Source of the DNA: Lachnospiraceae bacterium
Lineage (GTDB): Bacteria; Bacillota; Clostridia; Lachnospirales; Lachnospiraceae
Assembly (NCBI GenBank): GCA_045627905.1
Contig: JAZQOO010000006.1
Location: forward strand, 6,301-70,300
Length of the DNA: 64,000 bases
Direction: 5' to 3'
The notes below the pieces were generated by a model, which worked only from the letters and a program-made list of their open reading frames with translations, was not told where the DNA came from and did no database searches. Positions 43,773 to 53,246 of this stretch are shown here, piece after piece (position 1 is the first letter of the stretch; the number at the start of each line of letters is the position of its first letter). Made by a program: the position numbers and the translations under genes.

Positions 43773-45995
43773 ATGAACAATAATTTTAATAATAATTTTT
43801 TTCAAATGATGAATATGAATTGGGGATTCCCGGGATTTCCTAATAATACTCAGGGTGGAAATATTAATCAAAATATGCTTCCAAATTGGATGCAAATGCA
43901 GTTTCCACAGTGGCAAAATACAAACGTTACACCAAACGTCAGGAGTGTGTCAGCACAGGTTGTAAAACAGGCTTCACAACCTAAACAGACGAATAATTCG
44001 CAGCAAAGTCCTGCACGTCAAATGCAGCCTGTTCAGCCTGCAAAGTCTGTTCAGTCTGTTCAGCCTGTTCAGCCTGTAAAGCCTACAGCAGACACCGAAA
44101 AAAAGAAAAGAACTGTTGAGATAGAGAATAAATATACTGTTAAAAATATATCGGATGATGATTTATACGAAATCTTTACGCAATATGGAAATAATATTGA
44201 GGATATATATGAGCTATCACCGGGACAGAAATGGATGTTTGAAAATGGTCATGAAGTCCATAACACACAGATGCTCCAGCTTGTAATTGAGGCAGAGTTA
44301 AAGCTTGACCCAGTTGCTTTTAGACATCAGTATGACAGTGTATGCAATAGACTTGAAAACCTTAGAAATGCTATTTGCTATACAAATCTTTCAAAGCCAT
44401 ACAGAGTTCTGCTTAAAAACAGGGAACAGCAGATGTACTTTGGTGTAATAGACAGTATAAGTGCAGATGCAACTGATGAAGAAAAAAAGAAGTTAATAGA
44501 TAAATTCTTAGCGGCCGACAGAGAGCGAGGCTTTGATATTGAAGGAGAACCTTTGATACGAGTTAAAGTGCTCAGGATACATGATACAGATAAATATATA
44601 TTTATTATATCTCAGCCTCATATCAATTCTGATGGTACAAGCGTTGGAGTTTTAATGAATGATTTGTTTATTGACTACGCATTGAAATTTGAAGGTATCG
44701 ATATTCCAGTCTGTGATAACTCATACACAAAGTATGCTGAATTTCTAGAAAAAGTAGATATAAAAAAAGAAATGGACTATTGGAAATCGTTATATTCGGA
44801 TATGCCAGAGCTTAAACAGTTGCCGGGAAGAAGAGTTTCAAGCAGAATATATCATCTTGGAAGCTATAAAGCAGAACTGAAAAAGTCTTCAATAGACGGT
44901 CTTAAGAAGCTTCAGTCCAGTACAAAGGCTACATTTTTTAATATATTACAGACAGCATGGGCAATAAGTCTTAATAAGTTACAAAAATCTGATGAGGTAT
45001 GCTTTGGAACTATTACATCAGGGCGTGATACGAGTGTTCAGGGAAGCATGATGCTTTCAGGAGAATTTGCTAATGTAGTGCCTATGAGAGTGAAGCTTGA
45101 TGATGATGAAACCTTTAAAGAGAGTGTAAGTAAATTACAAGCTTTATTTAACGAAAATAATAAGCATGCATATTGTACACCAAAGGAAATATGTAGTTCA
45201 CTTAATAGAAGTACACCATTGTTTGACCATCTGATTAATTATCATAATTTTGCAATAGCACCTGAAGATAATATGACAAAAGGATGTTTTGGCAATTTTA
45301 ATATAATAGGCGGTCAGGTATATGTTAGTCCAACGGAGGACCTAAACGTTGTATTTAGAACCGAGGGTGGACAGATGATGTGTTACATGGATTATAACCA
45401 GAATGTTTATCCTGAAAAAGCTGTTGTTGAATATGTAAAATATTTCAATAGAGTGATAGAAACAATTGCTAAGAAGGGTGTTGATATTAAAATATCTGAA
45501 ATTCCTAGACCGGATGATAGCGTGTTTGAAAAAATAGCAGGAATGTATGTAATGAACAATATTCAGATTGCTGAATTCCTTAAAGAAACTGACATTTTTT
45601 CAAACTTTGATTATAAGGAACTACTTGATTTGGCATCAAAATTCAGAGTTGATTATTATCATGACAGCCAGGTTATTGTTGAAGAACATTCCCAAAATGA
45701 TCGTTTCATGTTTGTTTTAGATGGAATGGTAGTTACAACGAAATGTAAAAATAATGCGTGGGATAATGTCGTTGAGGTTGTAAAAAATGGAAAAATCCTC
45801 ATTAATGGACTAGATAAGGATGGAGCTTCAGAATTTGGATTTGTCTCGATGTCAGACAATACAAAAATCCTGTCAATATCATATGATGAGATGATAGAAA
45901 TTATGAGTACTTATAAAGAGGTCTCTATTGCTGCTACTAAAGAAGTGTTAGACAAATATGTTAAATATGTAAAATTGTGGCTTAATGCAGAATAG
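43773..45995 (+). CDS. Stand-alone NRPS condensation (C) domain protein with a Q/N/M-rich N-terminus and a C-terminal cNMP-binding-like domain
   Basis: C-domain core IFIISQPHINSDGTSVGVL (xHxxxDG). The C-terminal about 140 aa (FLKETDIFSNFDYKELLDLASKFRVDYYHDSQVIVEEHSQNDRFMFVLDGMVV...) fits the cNMP-binding/CRP effector-domain pattern. Confidence 0.65.
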   Translation: MNNNFNNNFFQMMNMNWGFPGFPNNTQGGNINQNMLPNWMQMQFPQWQNTNVTPNVRSVSAQVVKQASQPKQTNNSQQSPARQMQPVQPAKSVQSVQPVQPVKPTADTEKKKRTVEIENKYTVKNISDDDLYEIFTQYGNNIEDIYELSPGQKWMFENGHEVHNTQMLQLVIEAELKLDPVAFRHQYDSVCNRLENLRNAICYTNLSKPYRVLLKNREQQMYFGVIDSISADATDEEKKKLIDKFLAADRERGFDIEGEPLIRVKVLRIHDTDKYIFIISQPHINSDGTSVGVLMNDLFIDYALKFEGIDIPVCDNSYTKYAEFLEKVDIKKEMDYWKSLYSDMPELKQLPGRRVSSRIYHLGSYKAELKKSSIDGLKKLQSSTKATFFNILQTAWAISLNKLQKSDEVCFGTITSGRDTSVQGSMMLSGEFANVVPMRVKLDDDETFKESVSKLQALFNENNKHAYCTPKEICSSLNRSTPLFDHLINYHNFAIAPEDNMTKGCFGNFNIIGGQVYVSPTEDLNVVFRTEGGQMMCYMDYNQNVYPEKAVVEYVKYFNRVIETIAKKGVDIKISEIPRPDDSVFEKIAGMYVMNNIQIAEFLKETDIFSNFDYKELLDLASKFRVDYYHDSQVIVEEHSQNDRFMFVLDGMVVTTKCKNNAWDNVVEVVKNGKILINGLDKDGASEFGFVSMSDNTKILSISYDEMIEIMSTYKEVSIAATKEVLDKYVKYVKLWLNAE

Positions 45996-46032
45996 AAGTG
46001 AAGGATACATAATACAGTAGGAGGAACAGTTA

Positions 46033-49000
46033 TTGAAAAAGGATATATCGATTGTAACACCATTTCATAATACAGAGATGAGTTTTTTTGAAAAAACAGT
46101 GTCCTCTGTTGTAGCTCAGTCACTTAATAAAGACAGCTTTGAGTGGGTTATTATTTTTCATAATTGTGCTGATAACTATATTGATGATGCAAAGGCTATT
46201 ATTGATAGAGACTGCAAGGATTTATGTACTAAGCTTTATTACCTTAAAGATGACACAAAAAGTCCTTCAGAACCTAGAAATGTTGGAATAAGAAATGCGG
46301 AAGGAAAATATTTATATTTTCTCGATTCTGACGATTTGGTTGATAAGGATTTTCTGTTAAAAGCGATTGAAATAGCAGAAACAGATTTGGCTGACATCGT
46401 ATTTGCAAAATCTGTTTCTGTGTCATTAAATGAGAATCTTGTTAAACTTCCCGTTCCGTTATTATTTTATGGTAGCGATGGAAAGCTTGTGATAGATAAT
46501 GAACGGTATAAATTAACAAAAGATGTAAGTGGTGCTAAGAAGGTTATTAGAAAAAATAGAGAGATATTAGGAAGATTTTTGTATGGTGCTCCAAATTATC
46601 TGGCAACTAAACTTATAAAAAGAGAGTTGTTAATTGATAATAATATCTTCTTTGATAAAAAATATCGAGTTATTGAGGATGTTCTATTTAACGTTTTAAC
46701 TATAGCTCGTGCTAAAAAGCTTGTCGTATTAACGGATGTTCAGGCATATACGTATTATCAGCGTGAGGGTTCACAGATTCAGTCACTATCAGAAAAAGGT
46801 GGTTTCACTAAAGAACTGTACTTAGAGCCACTTAAGGAAATAGCTGAAACCTGTGAAAAAGAAGATATTGATTACAATATTTTCCTTTGGAGTATGTTTG
46901 AAATGTTTGGAACGATGGTTCTAAAGGGTACATTGTCAAACGAAGAAAAAGAGGCGCTCATAATAGGAATGTCGCCATATAAGGAGAAGCTTAAAAAGAT
47001 ACCATATCTAGGAGAAAACGGCGCAAAGAATGCAGAGAGTATGCGTTTGTTTGCAAATATATTTATGCGCAATAATGCCTATGAGCATACAAATCAAGCA
47101 ATTACTGTCATTGATATGATAGAAAACACAAGAAATTTAAGTGGTAAAGCTGTTTGTATGGAAAATGGTGAAATAAGCTTTGAAGAGCTTCATGCTAAGT
47201 CCGACAAGGTTGCAGTATTCCTTCTGGAAAAGGGATACAAAAGGGGAAAAAGAATCGGACTTTGTATGAGAAAGAGCATTGATGCATATATTGCATTGTA
47301 TGGAATTATTAAAACAGGTGCTACGCTTGTTGTTATTTCTGGCTCTAACAGTAGTGAACGAAATGATTTTATAAAAAAAGACGCAAATATCGACTATTTC
47401 ATAGATGATGAGTGCTTTAATAATGTGCTTACTGAATGTGAACATATCTATAGTGAATATGAACCTATTAAAGTAAAGGGGACTGATGACTTTGTAATTA
47501 TTTATACGTCTGGTTCTGAGGGAAAGCCAAAAGGTGTCAGATTATCCAATATAAATGTTACAAATATGAATCTTTTACTTAAGGGGAATGAAAAAGCAAT
47601 ATATCAGTATTCAAATTGCAATACGTATCTTATGGCTATGGATATTGATTTTTTATTCGGGTTCCTCGTTTCATTAGAAGCAATGTTTTTTGGAAAAACA
47701 TTATATGTGTTAAAAGATGTATCAGATATAAATAGTGAATTTGCCAAAAAAGTTTTATTAGATGATAGTAATAAAATAAACATATCCTGTGTTCCTTCTG
47801 CAAGTGCATTTTGGTTTACAGACGGTAATATAAGTAAGCTACTAAAAAATGTAAGTATTGTTGCATTTGGTGGTGAGGGTGTCAAAAGGGAACTGATGGA
47901 TAGCGCTAAAAACGCACTTAAAGATGCCGCTATTTTTCAGGGATACGCAACTACAGAAACGGGTCCTGCATGTTATGAGCAGTATACGGGTGATGTGATA
48001 ACGGCGGGAGTACCTCAGGCGGATGTTATTGTATCTATTGTTGATGAAGATATTAATCCAGTTCCATTAGGCGAAAAAGGCAGAGTATGTATTACTGGTT
48101 ACAGAGTTTCTAAAGGATATTTAAATATTGATTCAGATGATTTTCTGCCAGCAAGAGATAATGTAAACACATTTATTTCAAAGGATGAAGGTTTTATTAA
48201 CGAAGAAGGAAGGCTTTGTATTACTGGTAGACTTGACAGAATGCAAAAGGTACATGGAGTTCGTATCGAACCTGCAGAGGTTGAAAATGCATTCCTTGAA
48301 TACAGTGGGGTAAATGAAGCAGCAGCAAAAATCATTGAAAAATCAGGTAAAAACAGTATATATATGTTTTACTGCTCAGAACGACAGTTAAATGAGTATG
48401 AAATCAGAAGCTTTTTATCAAAAAAGATACCATATTACATGATTCCTGATGGGTTTATTCGTATTAATAAAATGCCCCTCACAAATAGAGGTAAGCTTGA
48501 TTATAACAGCCTAAATCCAGCGGAGTATTTAGAAAATCAGGTTGAGAGTACTAAAAACTGTGGCAATGAGACAATAATAAGCAAATGCTTTAAGGAACTC
48601 CTAAATATTGAAAATGTAAATGTGGACTCTAATTTCTTTGCATTAGGTGGAGATTCACTTCTTGCTATAAAGCTTGTTGTTTTATTAGAACAGCATAATA
48701 TTAAAATAAAAGTAAAAGATATATTTGCTTTTCCTACACCGAGCTTACTTATGCAGTTTGTAGACAGTAATGAAGCAAGTACAGATAACAGTAAGGATAC
48801 CTTTGACTATTCGATAGCTGAAAAAAAGCGAATAATGGAAGGACTTGAAAAAATAGCTGTAAATGGAACTATTACTGCAAACAGAGGCGGACACAATGAG
48901 GAAATAAGGCTAGAGGATGTGCGTGACGCATATGCTGTTCATGGAACAATAAAGAACTATTTTGACATGCAGACTGAATTCAGAGAGGCGTTCAGATATA

Positions 49001-50142
49001 CTATTAGAATTCAGTTTGAAACAACAAAGAAAATAGATGAAGAATATATTACGAAACGGGTCAGACTTTTACAAAAGAAACATCCTGTGTTAAATTCTTA
49101 TTTTACGTATATAGATGGAGTAAAGAGACCCGAGTTCATTCAGCTTATATTAAATAAAAAGAGTATTCCAGTGTTCTACGAGGATTTATCTGATTTAAAT
49201 ATAGATGAAGGTGAAAAGCATCGAACAAGTCTATGGGAAAAGCTGGATACATTAAATGAATTTTTTACAGTTGCTTCGCTTAAAATATCAGAAGACCATT
49301 ATACAGTACTTGTGCGAATTAATCATGTTGTTGCGGACGCACTAAGCAGTAATATTTTGTTAAATGAGCTTGTATCAGACGAGCAGTTAATAGATACTTG
49401 CGAGGATAGATTTATTACGTGCCGAAATACAATGTTTAATGAAAAACAGGATGTCGAAGCAATAAAAAGCTTTTTTGATGATTATCTTAAGGATGCCAAG
49501 CTCTCAAGGGTTTATAAAGGTTCAGAAATATTGAGAAGCAGCAGAGAGATAGTTAATCGTAAAATAAAGATATCCTATGAAAAGTATTGTGAACTTTTAG
49601 ATGCTTGTAAGTGTAGAGGAATAATATTTAGTAATTATGTTCAGTACATATTTGGTAAAAGCCTTTTAAAGGCAATGAATGAGCGTGCGCTGATATTTTT
49701 AAGTATGTTTGCAGGAAGAAATAAAAATAACGTAAATACAGTTGACAATTATTTCAACATGTTACCAATATGTATCAGAGATGATATGAACATTTACAAA
49801 TTTCAGGAGAACTTAATTAAGCTATCTGAGCTATATTATCTCACAATTGATGAGCTAGGTGCAATTTTGAGAAAACCGTTCCATTTACTTGGTTGTGCAG
49901 ATGGAATAAATTCTAATCTGATAGATTCGGTGCTTGAAAGAGATGGGGTATATGATGCAAAACAAATTGTTTGGTCAGAGCTCAGAGGAAACAGGGCATA
50001 TATTGAGGACGGAAGCTTTGTAATTGAGATTTCAAATTACACGGATGAGCTGACAGATGTTATATATAATGAAATCGCAGGATATATGGAAGAAATGATA
50101 TGTAATGTTGAAGAATATTTAAAGGAGTTGGACAATGAGTAA
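46033..50142 (+). CDS. Multidomain NRPS-like protein: GT2 glycosyltransferase, adenylation, carrier, condensation
   Basis: GT2: ISIVTPFHN...EPRNVGI...YLYFLDSDD. A: IIYTSGSEGKPKGV, GYATTETG, GRLDRMQKVHGVRIEPAEVE, NRGKLD. T: FFALGGDSLLAIKL. C: RINHVVADALS. TTG start with AGGAGG RBS. Confidence 0.8.
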   Translation: MKKDISIVTPFHNTEMSFFEKTVSSVVAQSLNKDSFEWVIIFHNCADNYIDDAKAIIDRDCKDLCTKLYYLKDDTKSPSEPRNVGIRNAEGKYLYFLDSDDLVDKDFLLKAIEIAETDLADIVFAKSVSVSLNENLVKLPVPLLFYGSDGKLVIDNERYKLTKDVSGAKKVIRKNREILGRFLYGAPNYLATKLIKRELLIDNNIFFDKKYRVIEDVLFNVLTIARAKKLVVLTDVQAYTYYQREGSQIQSLSEKGGFTKELYLEPLKEIAETCEKEDIDYNIFLWSMFEMFGTMVLKGTLSNEEKEALIIGMSPYKEKLKKIPYLGENGAKNAESMRLFANIFMRNNAYEHTNQAITVIDMIENTRNLSGKAVCMENGEISFEELHAKSDKVAVFLLEKGYKRGKRIGLCMRKSIDAYIALYGIIKTGATLVVISGSNSSERNDFIKKDANIDYFIDDECFNNVLTECEHIYSEYEPIKVKGTDDFVIIYTSGSEGKPKGVRLSNINVTNMNLLLKGNEKAIYQYSNCNTYLMAMDIDFLFGFLVSLEAMFFGKTLYVLKDVSDINSEFAKKVLLDDSNKINISCVPSASAFWFTDGNISKLLKNVSIVAFGGEGVKRELMDSAKNALKDAAIFQGYATTETGPACYEQYTGDVITAGVPQADVIVSIVDEDINPVPLGEKGRVCITGYRVSKGYLNIDSDDFLPARDNVNTFISKDEGFINEEGRLCITGRLDRMQKVHGVRIEPAEVENAFLEYSGVNEAAAKIIEKSGKNSIYMFYCSERQLNEYEIRSFLSKKIPYYMIPDGFIRINKMPLTNRGKLDYNSLNPAEYLENQVESTKNCGNETIISKCFKELLNIENVNVDSNFFALGGDSLLAIKLVVLLEQHNIKIKVKDIFAFPTPSLLMQFVDSNEASTDNSKDTFDYSIAEKKRIMEGLEKIAVNGTITANRGGHNEEIRLEDVRDAYAVHGTIKNYFDMQTEFREAFRYTIRIQFETTKKIDEEYITKRVRLLQKKHPVLNSYFTYIDGVKRPEFIQLILNKKSIPVFYEDLSDLNIDEGEKHRTSLWEKLDTLNEFFTVASLKISEDHYTVLVRINHVVADALSSNILLNELVSDEQLIDTCEDRFITCRNTMFNEKQDVEAIKSFFDDYLKDAKLSRVYKGSEILRSSREIVNRKIKISYEKYCELLDACKCRGIIFSNYVQYIFGKSLLKAMNERALIFLSMFAGRNKNNVNTVDNYFNMLPICIRDDMNIYKFQENLIKLSELYYLTIDELGAILRKPFHLLGCADGINSNLIDSVLERDGVYDAKQIVWSELRGNRAYIEDGSFVIEISNYTDELTDVIYNEIAGYMEEMICNVEEYLKELDNE

Positions 50143-50473
50143 AGAAGAAATGAAGGAATTTTTAGTTGAGGCATGGAAGGAAGTATTTCAGGTAGAGGAA
50201 GTATCAGACGATGCAGATTTCTTTGAGGCTGGTGGAGATTCAATAAATGCAGTACAGTTAACTGCCTGGTTAGTTCAAAAGGGTGTTAAGCTTGATCTTG
50301 GAGATATTTTTATCTATTCAACTGTAGGTGAATTAAGTGAACATCTTACAGAGACAACACCTGTATATGTTCCAGAAGCACTCCTTACAATGGATGTTGC
50401 ATCAAAAGAAATGAGAGAACAGTTATTCTCAAATGGTATGCCGGGTGCAGATTTACCATTTCTTAAGAAATAA
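50135..50473 (+). CDS. Stand-alone carrier protein (PCP/ACP), paralogue of the N-terminus of the 42258 protein
   Basis: DADFFEAGGDSINAVQL Ppant motif. By eye, roughly two-thirds identical to aa 1-95 of the di-carrier protein, including the post-domain tail LTETTP.YVP.ALLT. Overlaps the upstream stop by 8 nt. Confidence 0.8.
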   Translation: MSKEEMKEFLVEAWKEVFQVEEVSDDADFFEAGGDSINAVQLTAWLVQKGVKLDLGDIFIYSTVGELSEHLTETTPVYVPEALLTMDVASKEMREQLFSNGMPGADLPFLKK

Positions 50474-50495
50474 ATAAACGCTATTAAGGATTAAT

Positions 50496-51713
50496 ATGAG
50501 ATACGACGATACAAACTTTCTTGAAGTGCGTGAAAAACTGAATACGTTAGAAACAGTTCTTGATATGCTTAAAGGTTCGGTAGATGACAAATCATTTAGT
50601 GCAAAACTAAGACGCTACCAAGGTATAATGGTAATGTGTAATACGCTCTTATTTGATGTTGCAAATATCGATGACTATGATGATTTATTTGATTCTTCGC
50701 TAAATGAAAAACGAACCAATAATGAGGTTTTATCAAGATGTGAAGATTATTACAATTTTATAAAAAATATTTATTTAGAAAGAAAAGAATTACCCCTGTC
50801 AATTGACAGAAACTTTAAAAAAATATGCGATCAGTCAAAATATGTCTCATATGATAATTTAGTTAAGCTTGTAAAAGAGAGATTACTAAAAAAAGACGAA
50901 AACATGCTTTCTAATTATAAAAAGTTTTTTGATAAATTTGAGCATTTTTGGGGAAAGCTAGATGTTAAAGCTGAGAATTTTGAAGTAATAACTAAAAGAA
51001 TGGAAATTCTTAAGGCTAATATAGAAGATTTTATTTCGGTTTATGAAGAGTTAGCAGATAACAGGTCAAAGGCCGTTCTTACAGGATATTTGCATAACTG
51101 GCTGACTATGTCAGAGGATGATATTTTTGACATGGGTGAACGAATATTCTTTGATTATGCTGATTTTGATATATGCAAATGTGACAGCAATGAGATTATC
51201 GCGGACATTGGTGCATATAACGGCGATTCGGCACTAGGATATATTTATTCATATGGAAGCTATAAAAAAATGTATTGCTACGAAATAACGCCATCTTCGT
51301 TTGAAAAGCTTAGCGATAATCTAAAGGGATACGAAAATATTATCTTATGTAGAAAGGGAGTAGGAAGCAAATACTCAGAGACTAACCTCGATATAAAAGA
51401 TGATGCGTATTCAAATGATATTACAAGTAAGGGTGATTTAAAAACAGAAATAGTTACTCTTGATGAGGATATAAAGGATAAACTTACTCTTATCAAAATG
51501 GATATAGAGGGTGCTGAAAAAGATGCTTTAAAAGGTTGTGTAAATCACATAAAAAATGAAAAGCCAAAGCTTTTGATTTGTGTTTATCACGGAAATACAG
51601 ATATATTTGAAATTCCAAAGCTTATCAAGGAAATGAGGAGTGACTACAAATTTTATTTAAGAAGCAGCGGCTGGCAGTATGCACCATCAGAGATTGTACT
51701 GTACGCATTGTAA
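50496..51713 (+). CDS. FkbM-family SAM-dependent methyltransferase with an N-terminal extension of about 220 aa of unknown function
   Basis: C-terminal half has FkbM-type motifs (IIADIGAYNGDSA...LIKMDIEGAEKDALKG...KPKLLICVYH). The N-terminal half is helical with no recognised domain. Confidence 0.7.
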   Translation: MRYDDTNFLEVREKLNTLETVLDMLKGSVDDKSFSAKLRRYQGIMVMCNTLLFDVANIDDYDDLFDSSLNEKRTNNEVLSRCEDYYNFIKNIYLERKELPLSIDRNFKKICDQSKYVSYDNLVKLVKERLLKKDENMLSNYKKFFDKFEHFWGKLDVKAENFEVITKRMEILKANIEDFISVYEELADNRSKAVLTGYLHNWLTMSEDDIFDMGERIFFDYADFDICKCDSNEIIADIGAYNGDSALGYIYSYGSYKKMYCYEITPSSFEKLSDNLKGYENIILCRKGVGSKYSETNLDIKDDAYSNDITSKGDLKTEIVTLDEDIKDKLTLIKMDIEGAEKDALKGCVNHIKNEKPKLLICVYHGNTDIFEIPKLIKEMRSDYKFYLRSSGWQYAPSEIVLYAL

Positions 51714-51740
51714 CATAGGTATTTAAAGAAAGAGGATTGA

Positions 51741-53243
51741 ATGAACTACGAAAATATATGCATGAATTGTGAAAGTGAAACATTTAGAAATCTGTTTTTT
51801 TCCGCAGCTAATAATAATCCAGATAAAATAGCGTTGGAATACAGATTCGGAAAGGTTCAGTATACATATAAGGAACTCGCAGATAACATAGTTTCTCTTG
51901 GAAGCTATTTGTACAGTACAGGACTTTCTAAAAAACGTATAGCACTTCTTGGCGCTAGGGAACTTCCTTTTATTTACTTTATTTTAACTGCATTATGCAG
52001 TGATATGGTTATGTCACCAATCGACGCAAAGATGAGTAAAGAGGATATTTTAAAGCGTATTGAAATAGTAAAACCAGAGATTGTTTTTACATTCAGTGAT
52101 GTAGATGAAGAATTGTTGAATGAACTTAAAAATGGAAAAGTTGAGAGTGTTGACGAAAATAAGCTCAATGAGTTATTTGAACAGGGAAACAAGCTATTAG
52201 AAGAAGGATACGAAGATTATATTACGGCTACTATTAAGGAAACTGACCCTGGAATGCTTGTTTTTACATCAGGCACAGGTGGTACAATAAAGGCTGCTGT
52301 ATTAAGTCATAGATCTGTTACTGCATCTAGAATTTCAAAGCAGACAATATATATGAAGCCGGTAGATGTGCTTCATGTTATGCCAATGTTCCATATAGGT
52401 GGAATTGCTGACTTGACAGGAACTCTTATGGCAGAGGGTAAAGTATATATGAGTCAGGGTATGCAGTTTCTATTAAAGGAATTTGCATATGTTAAGCCAG
52501 GAACATTTATAACGGTTCCAGGTCAGGCACAGTTTTTCTTGGAAATCATCAAAGACAAGAGCGTCGAAGAGGGAAGGGAAGTATTAGGTGGAAGACTTAA
52601 GCTTCTAAGAACATGTGGTGCAATGCTGATGGACTCTCTTGTGGCAGGCTTTGAAAAGTTTGATATTACTGTTACTAGTGAATACGGAATGACGGAAAGT
52701 GCGACAGCGTGTACAAGCGCAGTTGTTAGGGATGGTGTTGTATGGACTAAGAGAGGCTCTGTAGGACATATTGTAAATCCGTATCTTGTAGACATATTTG
52801 AAAAGGATAGTGAGGGACGTGGAGAAATAATAATCGGAGGACCTTATATTTTCAATGGTTATTTGAATAACGAAGAAGCTACAAGGGAAATGCTTGTTGA
52901 TGGTTTTGTTCATACTGGAGATATAGGCTATTTTGACGAGGATGGTTTCTTATTCTTAACTGGAAGAAAGAAAAATGTAATCATTGTCTCAACGGGAGAA
53001 AATGTTGTTCCTGAAGAAATTGAAGAGCAGATATATTCAATCGATGGTGTGAAAGAATGTCTTGTGTACAGCAAAGATGACGTGATTGCCGTAGATATAT
53101 ATACTGAAAGTGACGAAGAGTACATAAGAAATGAAATATTTAAAATAAATAAGATTAACTCTAATTACAAATGTGTAAGAACTATTAATTTTACGAAAGA
53201 GCCACTGAAAAAGACATCAACAGGTAAAATCGCGAGGTCATAA
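51741..53243 (+). CDS. Stand-alone AMP-dependent ligase (FadD/acyl-CoA-synthetase-like adenylating enzyme)
   Basis: LVFTSGTGGTIKAAVLSH, MPMFHIGG, EYGMTES, HTGDIGYFDEDGFLFLTGRKKN and TGKIAR motifs. No carrier domain. Confidence 0.8.
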   Translation: MNYENICMNCESETFRNLFFSAANNNPDKIALEYRFGKVQYTYKELADNIVSLGSYLYSTGLSKKRIALLGARELPFIYFILTALCSDMVMSPIDAKMSKEDILKRIEIVKPEIVFTFSDVDEELLNELKNGKVESVDENKLNELFEQGNKLLEEGYEDYITATIKETDPGMLVFTSGTGGTIKAAVLSHRSVTASRISKQTIYMKPVDVLHVMPMFHIGGIADLTGTLMAEGKVYMSQGMQFLLKEFAYVKPGTFITVPGQAQFFLEIIKDKSVEEGREVLGGRLKLLRTCGAMLMDSLVAGFEKFDITVTSEYGMTESATACTSAVVRDGVVWTKRGSVGHIVNPYLVDIFEKDSEGRGEIIIGGPYIFNGYLNNEEATREMLVDGFVHTGDIGYFDEDGFLFLTGRKKNVIIVSTGENVVPEEIEEQIYSIDGVKECLVYSKDDVIAVDIYTESDEEYIRNEIFKINKINSNYKCVRTINFTKEPLKKTSTGKIARS

Positions 53244-53246
53244 TAA

